From Mobula hypostoma (taxonomy: Eukaryota), in assembly GCF_963921235.1 (NCBI RefSeq), contig NC_086097.1, positions 188,296,001 to 188,360,000 on the forward strand: a stretch of 64,000 bases of DNA, in the 5' to 3' direction. Below, piece after piece: positions 1 to 13,588 of the stretch. The notes beneath the pieces were generated by a model. That model saw only the letters and a list, made by a program, of their open reading frames with translations. It was not told the DNA's origin and did no database searches. The position numbers and the translations under genes are program-made. Numbering within the stretch: the first letter of the stretch is position 1; the number at the start of each line of letters is the position of its first letter.

Positions 1-1245
1 TTTGGAACCGCAATTTGAGTGCAGCCGTAGATCATAGACTCTGACAGGACCCCAGCCATCTTGAAAAGGCAACTCCTGTGGAAATTACATTCATAACAGT
101 GAAATATAGAAGCCAACAAGCCACATTGGGCTTGTATGTGGTAAAAACAGGAGGATCAGCGTTGTCGGGCCGTGATTGGTTGAGACAACTACAACTTCTG
201 CCATTGTTACCAGCACCGGGATGAACCTGCCCTTGATAGGGGTTGGCTTATGTAGGGCTGAAGGTTGTTGTACCATCCAAGCTGAGAGCTGAAGTGTTGG
301 AGGAGCTACATGCTGGTCATCTAGGCAGGATCAAAATGAAAGAGTTTGCTTGAAGCATTGTCTGGTGGCCTGGGAAATATCAGCAGATCGAACAGCTTGC
401 CATGCCAGCACATCCAGAAGGTGCCTCTCCATATCTGGGAATGGCCTGCATTGCCCTGGCAGAGGATTCGTGTGGATTTTGTCATATTTTTGATAGTAGT
501 GGATGCAGCTACAAAGTGACCAGAAGTGATCCCAATAGACTCCACTACAACCTTGCATGCTGTTGATGTGTTGAGAAGCCTCTTCCCCAGGACTGGTGTT
601 GCAGAACACTTAGTGACAATGGACCACAGTTTGTTGTTCAAGTTTGTCATTCCTGAAGCTGAGTGGAATAAGACAATTACATCTGCATTGTACTACCCAG
701 CCACAAATGGCTTGGGGGAAAGGTTTGTCCAGAGTCAAAGAACTCACTGCCAGCAATGTCAGTAGGACACACTACACTGGCACTGAATCAGAAGATCACC
801 AATTTCCTCCTTGCATATCACAATGCAGCACGTTCAACAACCAACAACTCACCAGCTCTGCAGGTCCTGAGTCGTCCCTTTCTCTCATACTCCGATATCC
901 TCAAACCCATTCTCAGAAGGCGAATGCAGACAAACAGCTGAGACAAATTGAGGGCTCAGACAAAGAGGTTTAGTGTTTCACTCCTGGACAAGCAAAGGAC
1001 TACAAAGGTGATCAAAAGTGGGTTCTTAGACAGATTAAGGGCAGAACTGGACCATTCTCTTGCACAGTGGAGATTGTATCTGATGTCGTCTGGAGATGAG
1101 GCATCAATCAGTTGAGACAATTATTGGAGAAGAAAGGTGTCCAGAGCTGTCAGAACCACTTCCTGCAGTCCCAGAGTCAACTCTTAAAACCAGCATGGAG
1201 GAGACCTCATGACCTGAGATTGTTCCACAGCCACGTCTCACCTGT
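1..1245 (+). mobile_element. Degenerate Gypsy-type LTR retrotransposon internal region (protease remnant plus integrase)
   Basis: Manual translation gives GRDWL (protease C-terminus), VVPSKLRAEVLEELHAGHLG..MK..A.SIVWWPG (integrase Zn-binding region), WEWPALPWQRIRVDF and YYPATNGLGERFVQS (integrase core); many stops and frameshifts. Confidence 0.8.
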
Positions 1246-1479
1246 TGTTTCTATAGAAGAGTAATGATGTCAGTCATAGTGAAAGAAAACAGACAATGGA
1301 CATTTAAAGCTGTGAAATGCAGTCCCAAACTATTAAGCAAATCTGAAACCAACAAGAGAAGAGCATTTCCAGCATAATCTGTTTCATAGTTCTAATGTAG
1401 AATTTTCAATTAGGAACATTTATTTATTTACTCGGAGAAACAGGAGCACTTTCCTAGATTCCATAAAACCATAAGAAAT

Positions 1480-1760
1480 GCAATATACCCAAAATGCTGG
1501 AGGAACTCAGCAAGTCAGGCAGCATTTATAGAACTGAATGAACAGTCAACAGTTCAGGCCAAGACCCTTCATCAGATCTGGAAAGGAAGGGTGAGGATGT
1601 CAGAGTAAGAAGAAAGGAGGAACGGAAGGAGGGTAAGCTTAGAAGGTGAAAAGTGAAGCCAGGTGAGTGGGAGGAGTGATGAATTAAGAAGCTGAGAGGT
1701 GAAAGGTGGAAAAGGCAAAGGGCTGGAGAAACACAGAGGGAGCGATCCCTGCAGAAAGCT
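1480..1760 (-). mobile_element. Penelope-type terminal-repeat fragment with degenerate hammerhead motif
   Basis: aaaatgctggaggaactcagc...agacccttcatcag followed by a purine-rich tract; same family as 28648-29010. Confidence 0.65.
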
Positions 1761-2099
1761 GAGAGTAGTGTGGAGAGGTAAAGATCTGACTGATGAGTAG
1801 GGTCCCACTGAAGATGGCGGAGGTTATGAAGAAATTTGTGTTGTATTGGAGGAATACAAGAAATGGAAATAAAAGTTGAGGTGAAGCACTTGGCCTTTAA
1901 AACCAGCTTCATTGTTTAGTAACAACAAAGTAATCCTTAGTTTCAACTTCACCCTCCTATATTCACTCACATCAATTAAGTCTCTTGGTCTTCAAAAATC
2001 TATTCAATTTGTATCTTCAAGACCAGCTTGGTAGTACTGCCACAGATTGAGCCAGCTGGGTCCTGAAATACATAGCTGCCTGACTGGGTCTGCAGCGGA

Positions 2100-2990
2100 T
2101 AGTGAGTGAACTATTGTTAGGGGTAGACCTACTTGAAATCGTCACCATTTTACATGTGGCCAGTTAATCGGTTCACAACAGCATTGGTAGAAGTGACCAT
2201 CACAATGTCTCTGTGTTCACATCGAGGATAACCTCCATTCAGTTTGTATGGCACTACAATCAGGCTACGAAGGTTAGACTTGGAACGTGTTTATTATCTC
2301 AAATCTGGGCATCCGGGACACAACATAGACCATTTGCAGCAGTGGAAATCTTTTGCTTGCATCCGCAGCCATACAGCCTGGTTTATTTCCCAATTCAACA
2401 ACAGTAATCAAGCTAGAAGACCAACACTGGGTCAATGCAGAGAACAGAAAGATGTGCCAAGAGCAGTACTAAGCATGCCAAAAAGTGAAGTGCCAGCCTA
2501 GTGAAGCTGAAGTACAGTTCTGTACACAAAAGACAGAATTAAACAATCTTTCTATCTACTGATCATAATGGACTGGTTCTATACTGTCCATTAATAAATG
2601 GTGGTGAACAGTTAAACAACCAACAGGAGGAGATTGCACTGTAAACATTTCCATCCTCAACAATAATGGGGCTCAGGGTGTGGGGAAAAAAGGTAAGATT
2701 GAAACAGTGATGGCAATGTTTGTCCAGAATGAATATTCACACTGACTTCTCTTGAGATCTCCAAAATCACAGAAACCAATCTTACCTAATTAAATTCACT
2801 CTGTTAATATCAAGAAATACCAAAGACTAAGGAACATCCTGGCAGTAGTCCTGAAGACAAGTGCCTATGAATTACATATTTTTATCCAATTTACTGCCCA
2901 GTCAAGTTATCATATTGGTGTCTACCTAGTAATATGGAGAAGTGTTCAGGTACATCGTGTTCAGAAAATCCAATCTGGATATTGTCTGGG
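2100..2990 (+). mobile_element. Old degenerate CR1-group LINE fragment (same family as 53880-55430)
   Basis: Similarity to the element at 53880-55430 (..gtagtcctgaagac..aatatggagaagtgttcaggtacatc..); heavily decayed. Confidence 0.45.
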
Positions 2991-3106
2991 AATGGGATGA
3001 ATTGCTTAGTCAGTCTGGGAGTGGGATGAATTGTTCAATCCAACTGTAGAATTCTATTTGTAATTCAGTAAATGAGGAAGATGTGGAAGTTTCTGTGTAT
3101 TTATAG

Positions 3107-3295
<189 letters not shown>

Positions 3296-4914
3296 TAGTA
3301 AATTGTTTGCATCTATTGAGCCAGTTAAATTCAGACAGACATGGTTTAATCATTGGTATATCGAGAAATCATAAATTAACCCAACATTAAAAATATTTTG
3401 ATTGTGAGGCTTTCAAACCTCATATAAAATGCATGATTATCTGTAAATGTAGGAATGATAATTTCATCGTTTTTTCAGGTATGAATTAGATAACTGTAGA
3501 AGATTTCACTAATGCAGATGATAATTATTCATTGCTAGAAAAATGAACATCATAAAATTTCACAAAACAAAAGTTAAAACCAACAGATTTGCCAGATAAC
3601 ACAGTTATTTTAGTTTATCTCTATTATAATTGTCACCTGAGAACAGAGGTCATAGTTCCTTGCACGTCTGGAATCTGGGTAATTTTCTTGTAATTTTATT
3701 TATGTTCTTATGTGAGATATAATGTTTCTTTGTCTGGTGGTAATTTTGAGAACGTTGTTGAGGGAAGTGAAACCACAGCTGTTTACCCCAAAATCTTTTA
3801 ACAAATAGCCTTTCTTCAGGAAAGCAAATGCTGGATAGCATAAAATGAGGTTTCCTCATGGCCAGAGTATTCTCATGCCAGATGCATTCCTTGGAATTTA
3901 CTGGATTTGGCTAAGAATCTCAGTCACTAGCAACAAAAAATTCTAAACCCAGAGCCATGTGTGTATAGTCAATACTATGCAACACACACAAAGTACTGGA
4001 AGAACTCAGCAGGTGTGACAGTATGTTTGGAAAGGAATAAACTGTCGACAATTTGGGCTGAGGTATACTCTAATAGTTGAAAATATTTACAAATAATATT
4101 AATTTGAAATGTCTTGTAGATTAATTAGCTAGTATTTTTTAAAAAATAATCAATTTTTTAAAATCTATTCCAATGTTTTCAGACTATTTTTTTAAAATTA
4201 AAGTCTATTGCAATTCTGACATAAATGGATGGAACAAAAATAGACAGGGATAGTTCTTCCAATGTGCTCCAGATTCCAGCATCTGCTGTCTCTTTTTATC
4301 TGATGACCTGATCTAATACATCCCAGAGTCCAGCAATTTCACCTGAGCATCAGTCAACCCACTAATATGTGTAAGTGACCCAGCCATGGAATATCAATGA
4401 ACTCTTTGACAGCTGGCTTAGCCATACACCCAACTTGACTGGCTGTAAAAGACAATATTTAAAAACACTTAAAAATGAGGTAAATCATAAAAATAAATTA
4501 ACATTTATTTTAGAAGCTAACTAAAATATTTGAAAATAATTGGCAATAAAACAGAGTAATAGCTTAAAAATAACTTATCCACATTTCCTAAAGCCACAAC
4601 CTACAATTCCCCATTGAAATCACTCATCTCAGATCCAATGCCAGGTCTGAATGTGTCAGCAAATCGCGATTGCTGTTAGCTGGCAAGATCAAGCCTAATG
4701 TTCCTCCAAACACTGTGACCTTACCCTGTGATGCCCATTACCATCCACAGGAGTGTGAATGTAAAAGTCCTTACTGTGAACATCATCCTTCCATTTTCTC
4801 TTACTCATGCTTAGATGATCACTCAAGGTTGCAATCGATTTCAAGCTGTTGGCTCACTACTAATCACAAACTCTAGGTCATTATGCTGTTGTACAGGATT
4901 TTCCTATAAGGCAT

Positions 4915-5065
4915 TGGTCTTGATTAGTAAGAGTGTCAAAGGTTACAGGGAGAAGGCAGGAGAATAAGGTTTAGATGGGTAATAAATCAGCCATGATAGA
5001 ATGGCAGAGAAGTCTCAACGGGCCGAATGACCTAATTCTACTTCTATGTCTTATGCTGTTATGAT
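4915..5065 (+). mobile_element. CR1 3'-end fragment
   Basis: ggccgaatgacctaattctacttctatgtcttatg is a CR1-type 3' stem-loop and tail. Confidence 0.6.
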
Positions 5066-5834
5066 GTTATTGTCATTATAGAGTCATACAGCATGAAAAC
5101 AGCCCAATAGGTCTAAAGGTATGGATAAAACCCCATCTTTTACAAACTTTTGTAAATAAACATGAGAAGAAGGAGGCAAACACACTATTAACTATGCCTC
5201 TCTGGTACATACTGCATTTGTTTGTCTTCCCATCTTCAGTTCAGACATCCCAGAGCCTCCATGGGACTTAACTACTTCTGGATATAATTTGCCAGGACTC
5301 TTAAAGATATTTAACAAAATAATGTTCAAGGTGGGTTCAGCTTTTAAAGTAATTATTGGGATTTAATTGCAAAAATCAAACAACTGGACCTATAGCAACA
5401 CAGTTACAATGACAGTGCAGAATAGTTTGATCTTTTAAATCTATATTCTGCTCCTAACAGCTGTGATTATAATAGGCTTTTTTTTTGTTACTGACAGCCT
5501 GTAATGTGCCAGAATGCTAAATTCCTGTTCCATTTCATTCTGGACCAAGATGATTCAATTTTATGGTTCAGTTTCTCTATCTCTGTCCTCAAACCATTGC
5601 CTTAAATTATCTGTTTACATTTGTACTGCCTGGACTGCATGTTAATTGGTTCCAAGAATTCCATTTCTAGATTGAATGTCCCATAGCTGGGAGCTTTTCC
5701 ATTATTCAATACAGCCTTAGGGTCTAATTTGTACAGTAATACTGCACTAAAGTTGTTACAAAAGCTTCCTTGTAAAAACAAGCTTTCTCCAAGTCTGAGT
5801 TCCTAGACTTCCCCAATCATTAACATGTACATGG

Positions 5835-6305
5835 TTGTTGTCTGTTATATCTGAGGATGACAAGAAACCTGTGTGGGAGAGTTTTTAAAGTGGAAAAGCC
5901 ATTGCACTGGGGCATTTCCAGTCTCTAGACCTCAGACTGGGTTTTCCTTGGTTGCAGAGGATGACCATGACTTCCTCTGTGCCTCGTCGTGCCTTTTCCT
6001 CTCCACAAAGCATTGCAGATCTGCCGTCCTGGCCACTAGATCTCATTATTGATCTCATCCACTCAGACCACCGAAGCTGACTTCACATGCTAGAACTGAC
6101 ATGTCCCAGTCCCACCGGAGTATGAGGCCCTCCAGCTACCCTCACCTGGTTTAGCTTACCTGTTGAAGGAGTGCACTGGGGTGTGTCTGCTGTTGCATAC
6201 AGACAGATACTTGAAGCCACAGGTGAGAGCTGAGTATCTGCTGGGGACCAAAAGTGAGTGAGCTGCCCCAGAATGGACACAAGTCCCTTCACCAGAGGTG
6301 CTGTC
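5835..6305 (-). mobile_element. Short non-autonomous retroposon (possibly RTE-derived)
   Basis: Repeat-like composition with a (caa)n-like tail on the minus strand; family assignment uncertain. Confidence 0.35.
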
Positions 6306-6720
6306 CCTTCCTGGACATCCCATATACCCTAATATAACATATACATACACCCCTGCTGTAAGCATATACTCGTACATGTGGGTGGTTGTGATTTAAGCTA
6401 CCCATAATAATTGACAATACTGTATTTAAGAACTTGCGATAATGAGTTAAATATTTTTGCATCATTTTTCATTGACAATTCAAGTAACTTCTACATAGAA
6501 AATAAAGGAATTGCATTTAAAAAGCAACTTTCATCTTCTCAAGGTGAAATTGCTTTGTGACCAACAAATTATATCTTGTAAATAAATGTGACAACTGCAC
6601 ACAAAACAAAGACTCACAAACAGCAATTAATCAGTGTTTACAGATGAATGTCAGCTTGTTCACCAATGGAATACTAAGTTCTCCTTCAAGCACGGATTCT
6701 GGGATCTTTATCATTCAACG

Positions 6721-6905
6721 CACACAAAATGCTAGAGAAGCAAACCAAGTTAGGCAGCATCTACGGAGGAGAATAAACAGTTGACATTTCTGGTGGAGAC
6801 CCCTCATAATGACAGCTTATTCCCTTCCATAGATGCTGCCTGACATGTTGAGTTCCTCCAGCATTCTGTGTGTAATGCTCAAGATTTCCAAAATCCATAG
6901 AATCT
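6721..6905. repeat. Palindromic Penelope-terminal-repeat-derived element
   Basis: Left arm 6721-6786 (acacaaaatgct...ggcagcatcta) is an imperfect inverted repeat of right arm 6815-6872 (tagatgctgcc...cagcattctgtgt). Confidence 0.7.
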
Positions 6906-6907
6906 CT

Positions 6908-9900
6908 TATATAACCATATAGCAATTACAGCACGGAAACAGGCCAACTCGGCCCTTCTAGTCCATTCTGAACTCTTACTCTTACTTAGTCCCACCAACC
7001 TGCACTCAGCCCTTAACCCTCCATTCCTTTCCTGTCCATATATCTATCCAATTTAACTTTAAATGACAACATCGAACCTCCCTCAACCACTTCTGCTGGA
7101 AGCTCGTTCCACACAGCTACCACTCTCTGAGTAAAGAAGTTCCCCTCATGTTACCCCTAAACTTTTGCCCTTTAAGTCTCAATTCATGTCCTCTTGTTTG
7201 AATCTCTCCCATTCTCAATGGAAGAAGCCTATCCACGTCAACTCTATCAATCCCCCTCATAATTTTAAACACCTCTATCAAGTCCCCCCTTGACCTTCTA
7301 CGCTCCAAAGAATAAAGACCTAACTTGTTCAACCTTTCTCTGTAACTCAGGAGGTGAAACCCAGGCAACATTTTAGTAAATCTCCTCTGTACTCTCTCAA
7401 TTTTATTGACATCTTTCTTATAATTCGGTGACCAGAACTGTACACAATACTCCAAATTTGGCCTTACCAATGCCCTATATGCCTTATATTTCAACGTTAC
7501 ATCCCAACTCCTATACTTAATGCTCTGATTAATAAAGACCAGCATACCAAAAGCTTTCTTCACCACCCTATCCACATGAGATTCCACCTTCAGGGAACTA
7601 TCCACCATTATTCCTAGATCACTCTGTTCTACTGCATTCTTCAATGCCCTACCATTTACCATGTATGTCCTATTTTGATTAGTCCTACCAAAATGTAGCA
7701 ACTCACATTTTTCAGCATTAAACTCTATTTGCCATCTTTTAGCCCACTCTTCTAACTGGCCTAAATCTCTCTGCAAGCTTTGAAAACCTACTTCATTATC
7801 CACAACTCCACCTATCTCAGTATCATCTGCATACTTACTAATCCAATTTACCATCCCATCATCCAGACCATTAATATATATGCCGAATAACATTGGACCC
7901 AGTACAGATCCCTGAGGCACACCACAACACACCGTCCTCCAATCTGACACACAGTTATCCACCACTACTCTCTGGCGTCTCCCATCCAGCCACTGCTGAA
8001 TCCATTTTACTACTTCGATATTAATGCCTAACGATTGAACCTTCCTAACTAACCTTCCGTGTGGAACCTTGTCAAAGGCCTTACTGAAGTCCATATAGAC
8101 AACATCCACCGCTTTACCCTTGTCAACTTTCCTAGTAACCTCATCAAAAAATTCAATAAGATTTGTCAAACATGACTTTCCACGCACAAATCCATGTTGA
8201 CTGTACCTAATCAGACCCTGTTTATCCAGATAATTATATATACCATCTCTAAGAATACTTTCCATCAAATTACCCACCACTGACGTCAAACTCACAGGCT
8301 AATAATTGCTAGGTTTACTCTTGGAACCCTTTTTAAACAATGGAACCACATGAGCAATACACCAATCCTCCGGCACCATCCCCGTTTCTAATGACATTTG
8401 AAATATTTCCGTCAGAGCCCCTGCTATTTCCACACTAACTTCCTTCAAGGTCCAAGGGAATATCTTGTGCGGACCCGGAGACTTATCCACTTTTATGTTC
8501 CTTAAAAGCGCCAGTATTTCCTTTTCTTTAATCGTCATACTTTCCATAACTACTCTTCTTGTTTCCTTTACTTTACACAATTCAATATCCTTCTCCCTAG
8601 TGAATACCGAAGAAAAGAAATTGTTCAAATTCTCCCCCCATCTCTTTTGGCTCGGCACATAGCCGTCCACTCTGATTCTCTAAGGGACCAATTTTATCCC
8701 TCACTATCCTTTTGCCACTAACGTAACTGTAGAAACCCTTTGGATTTATTTTCACCTTATTTGCCAAAGCAGCCTCATATCTTCTTTTTGCTTTTCTAAT
8801 TTCTTTCTTAAGATTCCTTTTACATTCGTTATATTCCTCAAGCACCTCATTAACTCCAAGCTGCCTATATTTATTGTAGATCCCTCTCTTTTTCTGAACT
8901 AAGTTTCCAATATCCCTTGAAAGCTATGTCTCTCTGAAACTTTTAACCTTTCCTTTCAACCTAACAGGAACATTAAGATCCTGTACCCTCAAAATTTCAC
9001 CTTTAAATGACCTCCATTTCTCTATTACATCCTTCCCATAAAACAAATTGTCCCAATCCACTCCTTCCAAATCCTTTCGCATCTCCTCAAAGTTAGCCTT
9101 TCTCCGATCAAAAATCTCAACCCTGGGTCCAGTTCTATCCTTCTCCATAATTATATTGTAACTAATGGTATTGTGATCACTGGACCCGAAGTGTTCCCCA
9201 ACACATACCTCCGTCACCTGCCCTATCTCATTCCCTAACAGGAGATCCAACACTGCCCCTTCTCTAGTTGGTACCTCTATGTATTGCTGCGAAAAACTAT
9301 CTTGCACACATTTGACAAACTCCAAACCATCCAGCCCTTTTACAGAATGGGCTTCCCAGTCTCTATGTGAAAAGTTAAAATCTCCCACAATCACAACATC
9401 GTGCTTACTACAAATATCTGCTATCTCCTTACAAATTTGCTCCTCTAGTTCTCGGTCCCCACTAGGTGGTCTATAATACACCCCTGTAAGCATCACTACA
9501 CCTTTCCTGTTCCTCAATTCCACCCAAATAGCCTCCCTGGATGAGTCCACTAATCTATCCTGCCAGAGCACTGCTGTTATATTTTCTCTGACAAGCAATG
9601 CAACACTTCCTCCTCTTGCCCCTCCTATTCTCTCACACCTGAAGCAATGAAATCCTGGAATATTTAATTGCCAATCACACCCCTCCTACAACCACATTTC
9701 ACTAATAGCTACAACATCATATTTCCAGGTATCAATCCATGCTCTAAGCTCATCCACCTTTCTTACAATGCTCCTAGCATTAAAATAGATGCATTTAAGA
9801 AACAATCCACTTCTTACTCTCTGTTTATCTCTAATGGTGCAAACAACTTTGTTATCTTTTTCTTCCTTGTCCCCTACATCTTTGGTCTGAGTGCTCTTGA

Positions 9901-10522
9901 TCTCTGTCCCCTGCCTATCCTCCCTCACACACTGTCTACTAGCTTTCTCTATTTGTGAACTAACCTCCTCTCTCCTAGTCTCTTGAATTTGATTCCCACC
10001 CCCAACCATTCTAGTTTAAAGTCACCTCAGTAGCCCTCACAAATCTGCCCGCCAGGATATTGGTCCCCCTATGATTCAAGTGTAACCCGTCCTTTTTGTA
10101 CAGGTCACACCTGTGCCAAAAGAGGTCCCAATGATCCAAAAACTTGAATCCCTGCCCCCTGCTCCAATCCCTCAGCCATGCATTGATCCTCCACCTCATT
10201 GCATTCCTACTCTCACTGTCGCGTGGCACAGGCAGTAATCCCGATATTAGTACCTTTGCGGTCCTTTTTCTCAACTCCCTTCCTAACTCCCTATATTCTC
10301 CTCTCAGGACCTCTCCCATTTCCCTACCTATGTCATTGGTACCTATATGTACCACGACCTCTGGCTCCTCTCCCTCCCACTTCAGGATATCTTGGACGCG
10401 ATCAGGCACATCCTGGCACCAGGGAGGCAAAGTACCATCCGGGTCTCCGGACTGCATCCACAGAATCGCCTATCTGACCCCTAACTATTGAGTCCCCTAT
10501 TACTACTGCCCTCCTCTTCCTT
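6908..10522 (-). mobile_element. CR1 LINE, 5'-truncated: ORF1 SGNH esterase C-terminus plus frameshifted ORF2 (APE endonuclease and RT)
   Basis: ORF track: GTND/DGLH esterase (10011-10457); YFNARS and SDH endonuclease motifs (8924-10009); [27 protein letters not shown] motifs (7117-8295); CR1 3' tail near 6910. Confidence 0.95.
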
Positions 10523-10850
10523 TATGCTTAGCTTTATCACCCAAACGGCCAAGTAAATGGGACCACAGTGTCTTTCAGCGCTTCACTGTAATATCAAACT
10601 GGATTATCTGAAATAAGGTTTGAACCCATAAAACCTTTGACTCAGAAATGTTAGGGCCAGGGCTGAATGAGCTGTAGTTTCTCTCACCAAGGACATTACC
10701 CAAACTGCTAGGTGTTTCAAATATTTTCTGTTTTTATTTATTTGTAACATCCACAATATTTTGCATTAGTTGCAATTTGAAATTCTTACATAAAAGATCA
10801 GGTAGTGTGAAAACAACAATTGACTTTGAACCTGATATTGTGCACTTCAG

Positions 10851-10969
10851 GGAGATATAGGAAAAGAAATGTTCATCATCAAGTCGGGACAGGTCCAAGT
10901 GCTTGGTGGACCAGACGGTAAAACAATTCTGGTGACCTTGAAGGCTGGATCTGTATTTGGAGAAATCAG
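10851..10969 (+). CDS. CNGB3: CNGB3 coding exon (119 nt): [39 protein letters not shown](S)
   Basis: ttcag| acceptor and |gtaatg donor; phase 0/2; CNBD FGE motif. Confidence 0.95.
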
Positions 10970-11979
10970 GTAATGGTCTGACTGCTGAGGAATTGATTTA
11001 CAGTACTAAATGCCTTGCATGTTTAATGAGAAAATAGTTTTTATCTTGCCTCAAAATAATACATTGCTTGATATTAATAGAAAAGATGGGGTGAGGTGTG
11101 AGTTTAGTACTGGAATGGGGTTAAACTCTGCCAAACCAGCCGCAATATTTTCATTGAAATCAGTTCAAAACACATATAGCAGATCTATATATTTCACATG
11201 CTTCCTCAAACTTGATATTAAAAAGGGCCAACTAAATCTCAAGTAAATATTGCAATGTATTAGGGGGAAAAGTTTGACAAAAGTCAAAAAAGGAAGAGGA
11301 GGATTATCCAAGCAACACTATTCAATTGGTCCAATGAATACACAAACAAAAGAAGACCAAATTTATTGTTAGAGTGTCCCACATCTGTAAGCTTTTTGAT
11401 TTGTCACCTTTTCTTTCATCGTTGAAAATACAATATGAAGTTATTTCAAATGTATTAACATAGACTGGATCAGTACAAAGATCTGCATGGAATTCCAGTC
11501 CCTGAGATTACCATAGCTCATTTGTGTTCTTATTTGATTAACATTTACAAAGTCACAAAGAAGTTAAAAAAAAACATACAAAAAAATTGAAAAATAAAAC
11601 TACAAAAGCAACAAATGTAGACTGGGGGTGGGGAAAGGTTAAGTAGGGATATGAGAGTAGAAAATCCTGGTATTATGCTCTCCAAATAAACTTAATGCAG
11701 TTTTCTTACATGAATGGAGTAACTCAGATCACAATGGAACATCACCATTGGATGGCAGCATTTCACCTCATTGCTGTGTAGGACACAGTAAAAGGCAAGG
11801 AAACTTCAGGCTCAATATACTCAGCTGGTTGAGCTGATGACAATGATGTTTAGTGGAGTAGGTGGTCGTGGTAATGCTTCAAACCATAACTCAGAGATAA
11901 ACTACAAATAGGAAAGGTCCAGTACAATCAAAAATACAACCATTGTTTTATACAAACTACAAAATAAATTTTACATTGT

Positions 11980-12710
11980 TCCTTGTCCTTCATCTGTTTT
12001 AAATGCACTTAGCTCTGGTTTCACAATGCAAGTGTGTTTGACATGTCTTTCCTTCAAAAACTCAGCAGGTATCTGGCTGGTGGAGTCTGATGTGTTCCAC
12101 TGGTAAAATATGAGGTGTGTAATTTGACATAATTTCACCTCTGTCATCATTCTCGGTCTACCTTTTGTAGTCTAAACTGGCAAACAGCATGAGGCTGAGT
12201 GATATGGCAGTATGCTCATATGACTGATTCCACTCCTGCTGTAGAATTAAGCAAATTCAGCACTATTGAAACTACCTTCATTGCAACTCTAATGATTATC
12301 TTTTGCAAAGAAAATTCTGGTAATTGAAGATGGTGTTTGTACAGTATTATCCATATCTTCATCAACCTTGAATATGCATTTATGATAATTACGGTTATTT
12401 TTCCATAAATAGATCTGCAAAATCCACATATATTCATAACCATGGCTTGTTTGCATAGAAACAGGATTTAAGATGAGGAGCTGGTGGATTCTTGGAAAGA
12501 TCTTGACATAGTTGTCTTTCTTTTACATGTTCAGGCTACCCAAGAAAAAAAAATTTGAAAATATCCTTGATGAAAGATCTGTTTCAATTGTATTCTTTAG
12601 GATAGCTATTCTTTCCTTGCAATTAAACTGGAGGATCACAGTATTCTGGAAGCAAAGCTCAGACCTGTTTCTGTAATGTGACAGCAATGTACCATATTCA
12701 TATTCTCCTC
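11980..12710 (-). mobile_element. Ancient Gypsy integrase remnant
   Basis: Minus-strand translation HVKERQLCQ..KNPP..NKPW..YVDFAD.F..K..IIINAYS.. and ..IPAEFL..R resembles Gypsy integrase Zn/core motifs; many stops. Confidence 0.5.
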
Positions 12711-12719
12711 ATCCATTCT

Positions 12720-12875
12720 GGATATATTAGATGCAGATATATTAAGTGCATTTAAGAAACTCTTAGAAAGACACATGGATAGAAAAATTGAGGCTATGTA
12801 GAAGGGAAGGGTTAGATTGAAATTAGAGTAGATTAACAGGTCAGCACAACGTTGTGGGCTGTGGTATTCTATGTA
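12720..12875 (+). mobile_element. CR1 3'-end fragment
   Basis: gcatttaagaaactcttagaaagacacatggat...gtattctatgt is a typical CR1 end. Confidence 0.55.
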
Positions 12876-13588
12876 TTTGTACACACACTGAATGCAGAAG
12901 CAAGCTATTGGGTCGTGACTACAGTATGTTCCAATTATCCTGCAATGTATAATCTCATTTGCTGTTTGTGTCTCAGATGTAGGTGTAAGAACTGGCAGCC
13001 AACCCAGTACATCCATATTTTGATTGTATGATGCACTCTCAACATTCCTCACCATGGCTTGTTTGTATAGAAGCAGGGCTTGAGATGAGCAACTAACTGA
13101 TGGATTCTTGGAGTAATCCTGACATTCTTGTCATTCTTTTACATGTTGTTGGATTCTGATGTTTTAAATCCAAGTTTCTTTCAGAGGGCAGGAAAGATGC
13201 GTAAAACTTCTAGCTTCATGATCATTTGATATTAAGCGTTGATATAACAAAGTAAAATTGAAAATAGGCAGAGATAAAGGTCTACTAAGTGAAGGGAGAG
13301 ACTAAAAGCCAAGACGCCACTGCCTTATGGTCAGTTATTATTATAGCCATAGATAAGGAAAACTTCCATTCACATTTGTAGATAAGAAATAAACAATGAA
13401 ATAATTCCTATTCAAATAACGCAGAGCAAAGAAATTACCTCTTTATAAGTAATTATATAAAATACAAGCAGATAATTAATTGGTAAACTGCAAAGAAAAT
13501 AACAGGTAAACAGTGTAATCTAAAAATTAAACAGCCAGAACCAACAGTGTTCAGGCTAACTAAGAAAAACCATTTGAAATCTTCATTG

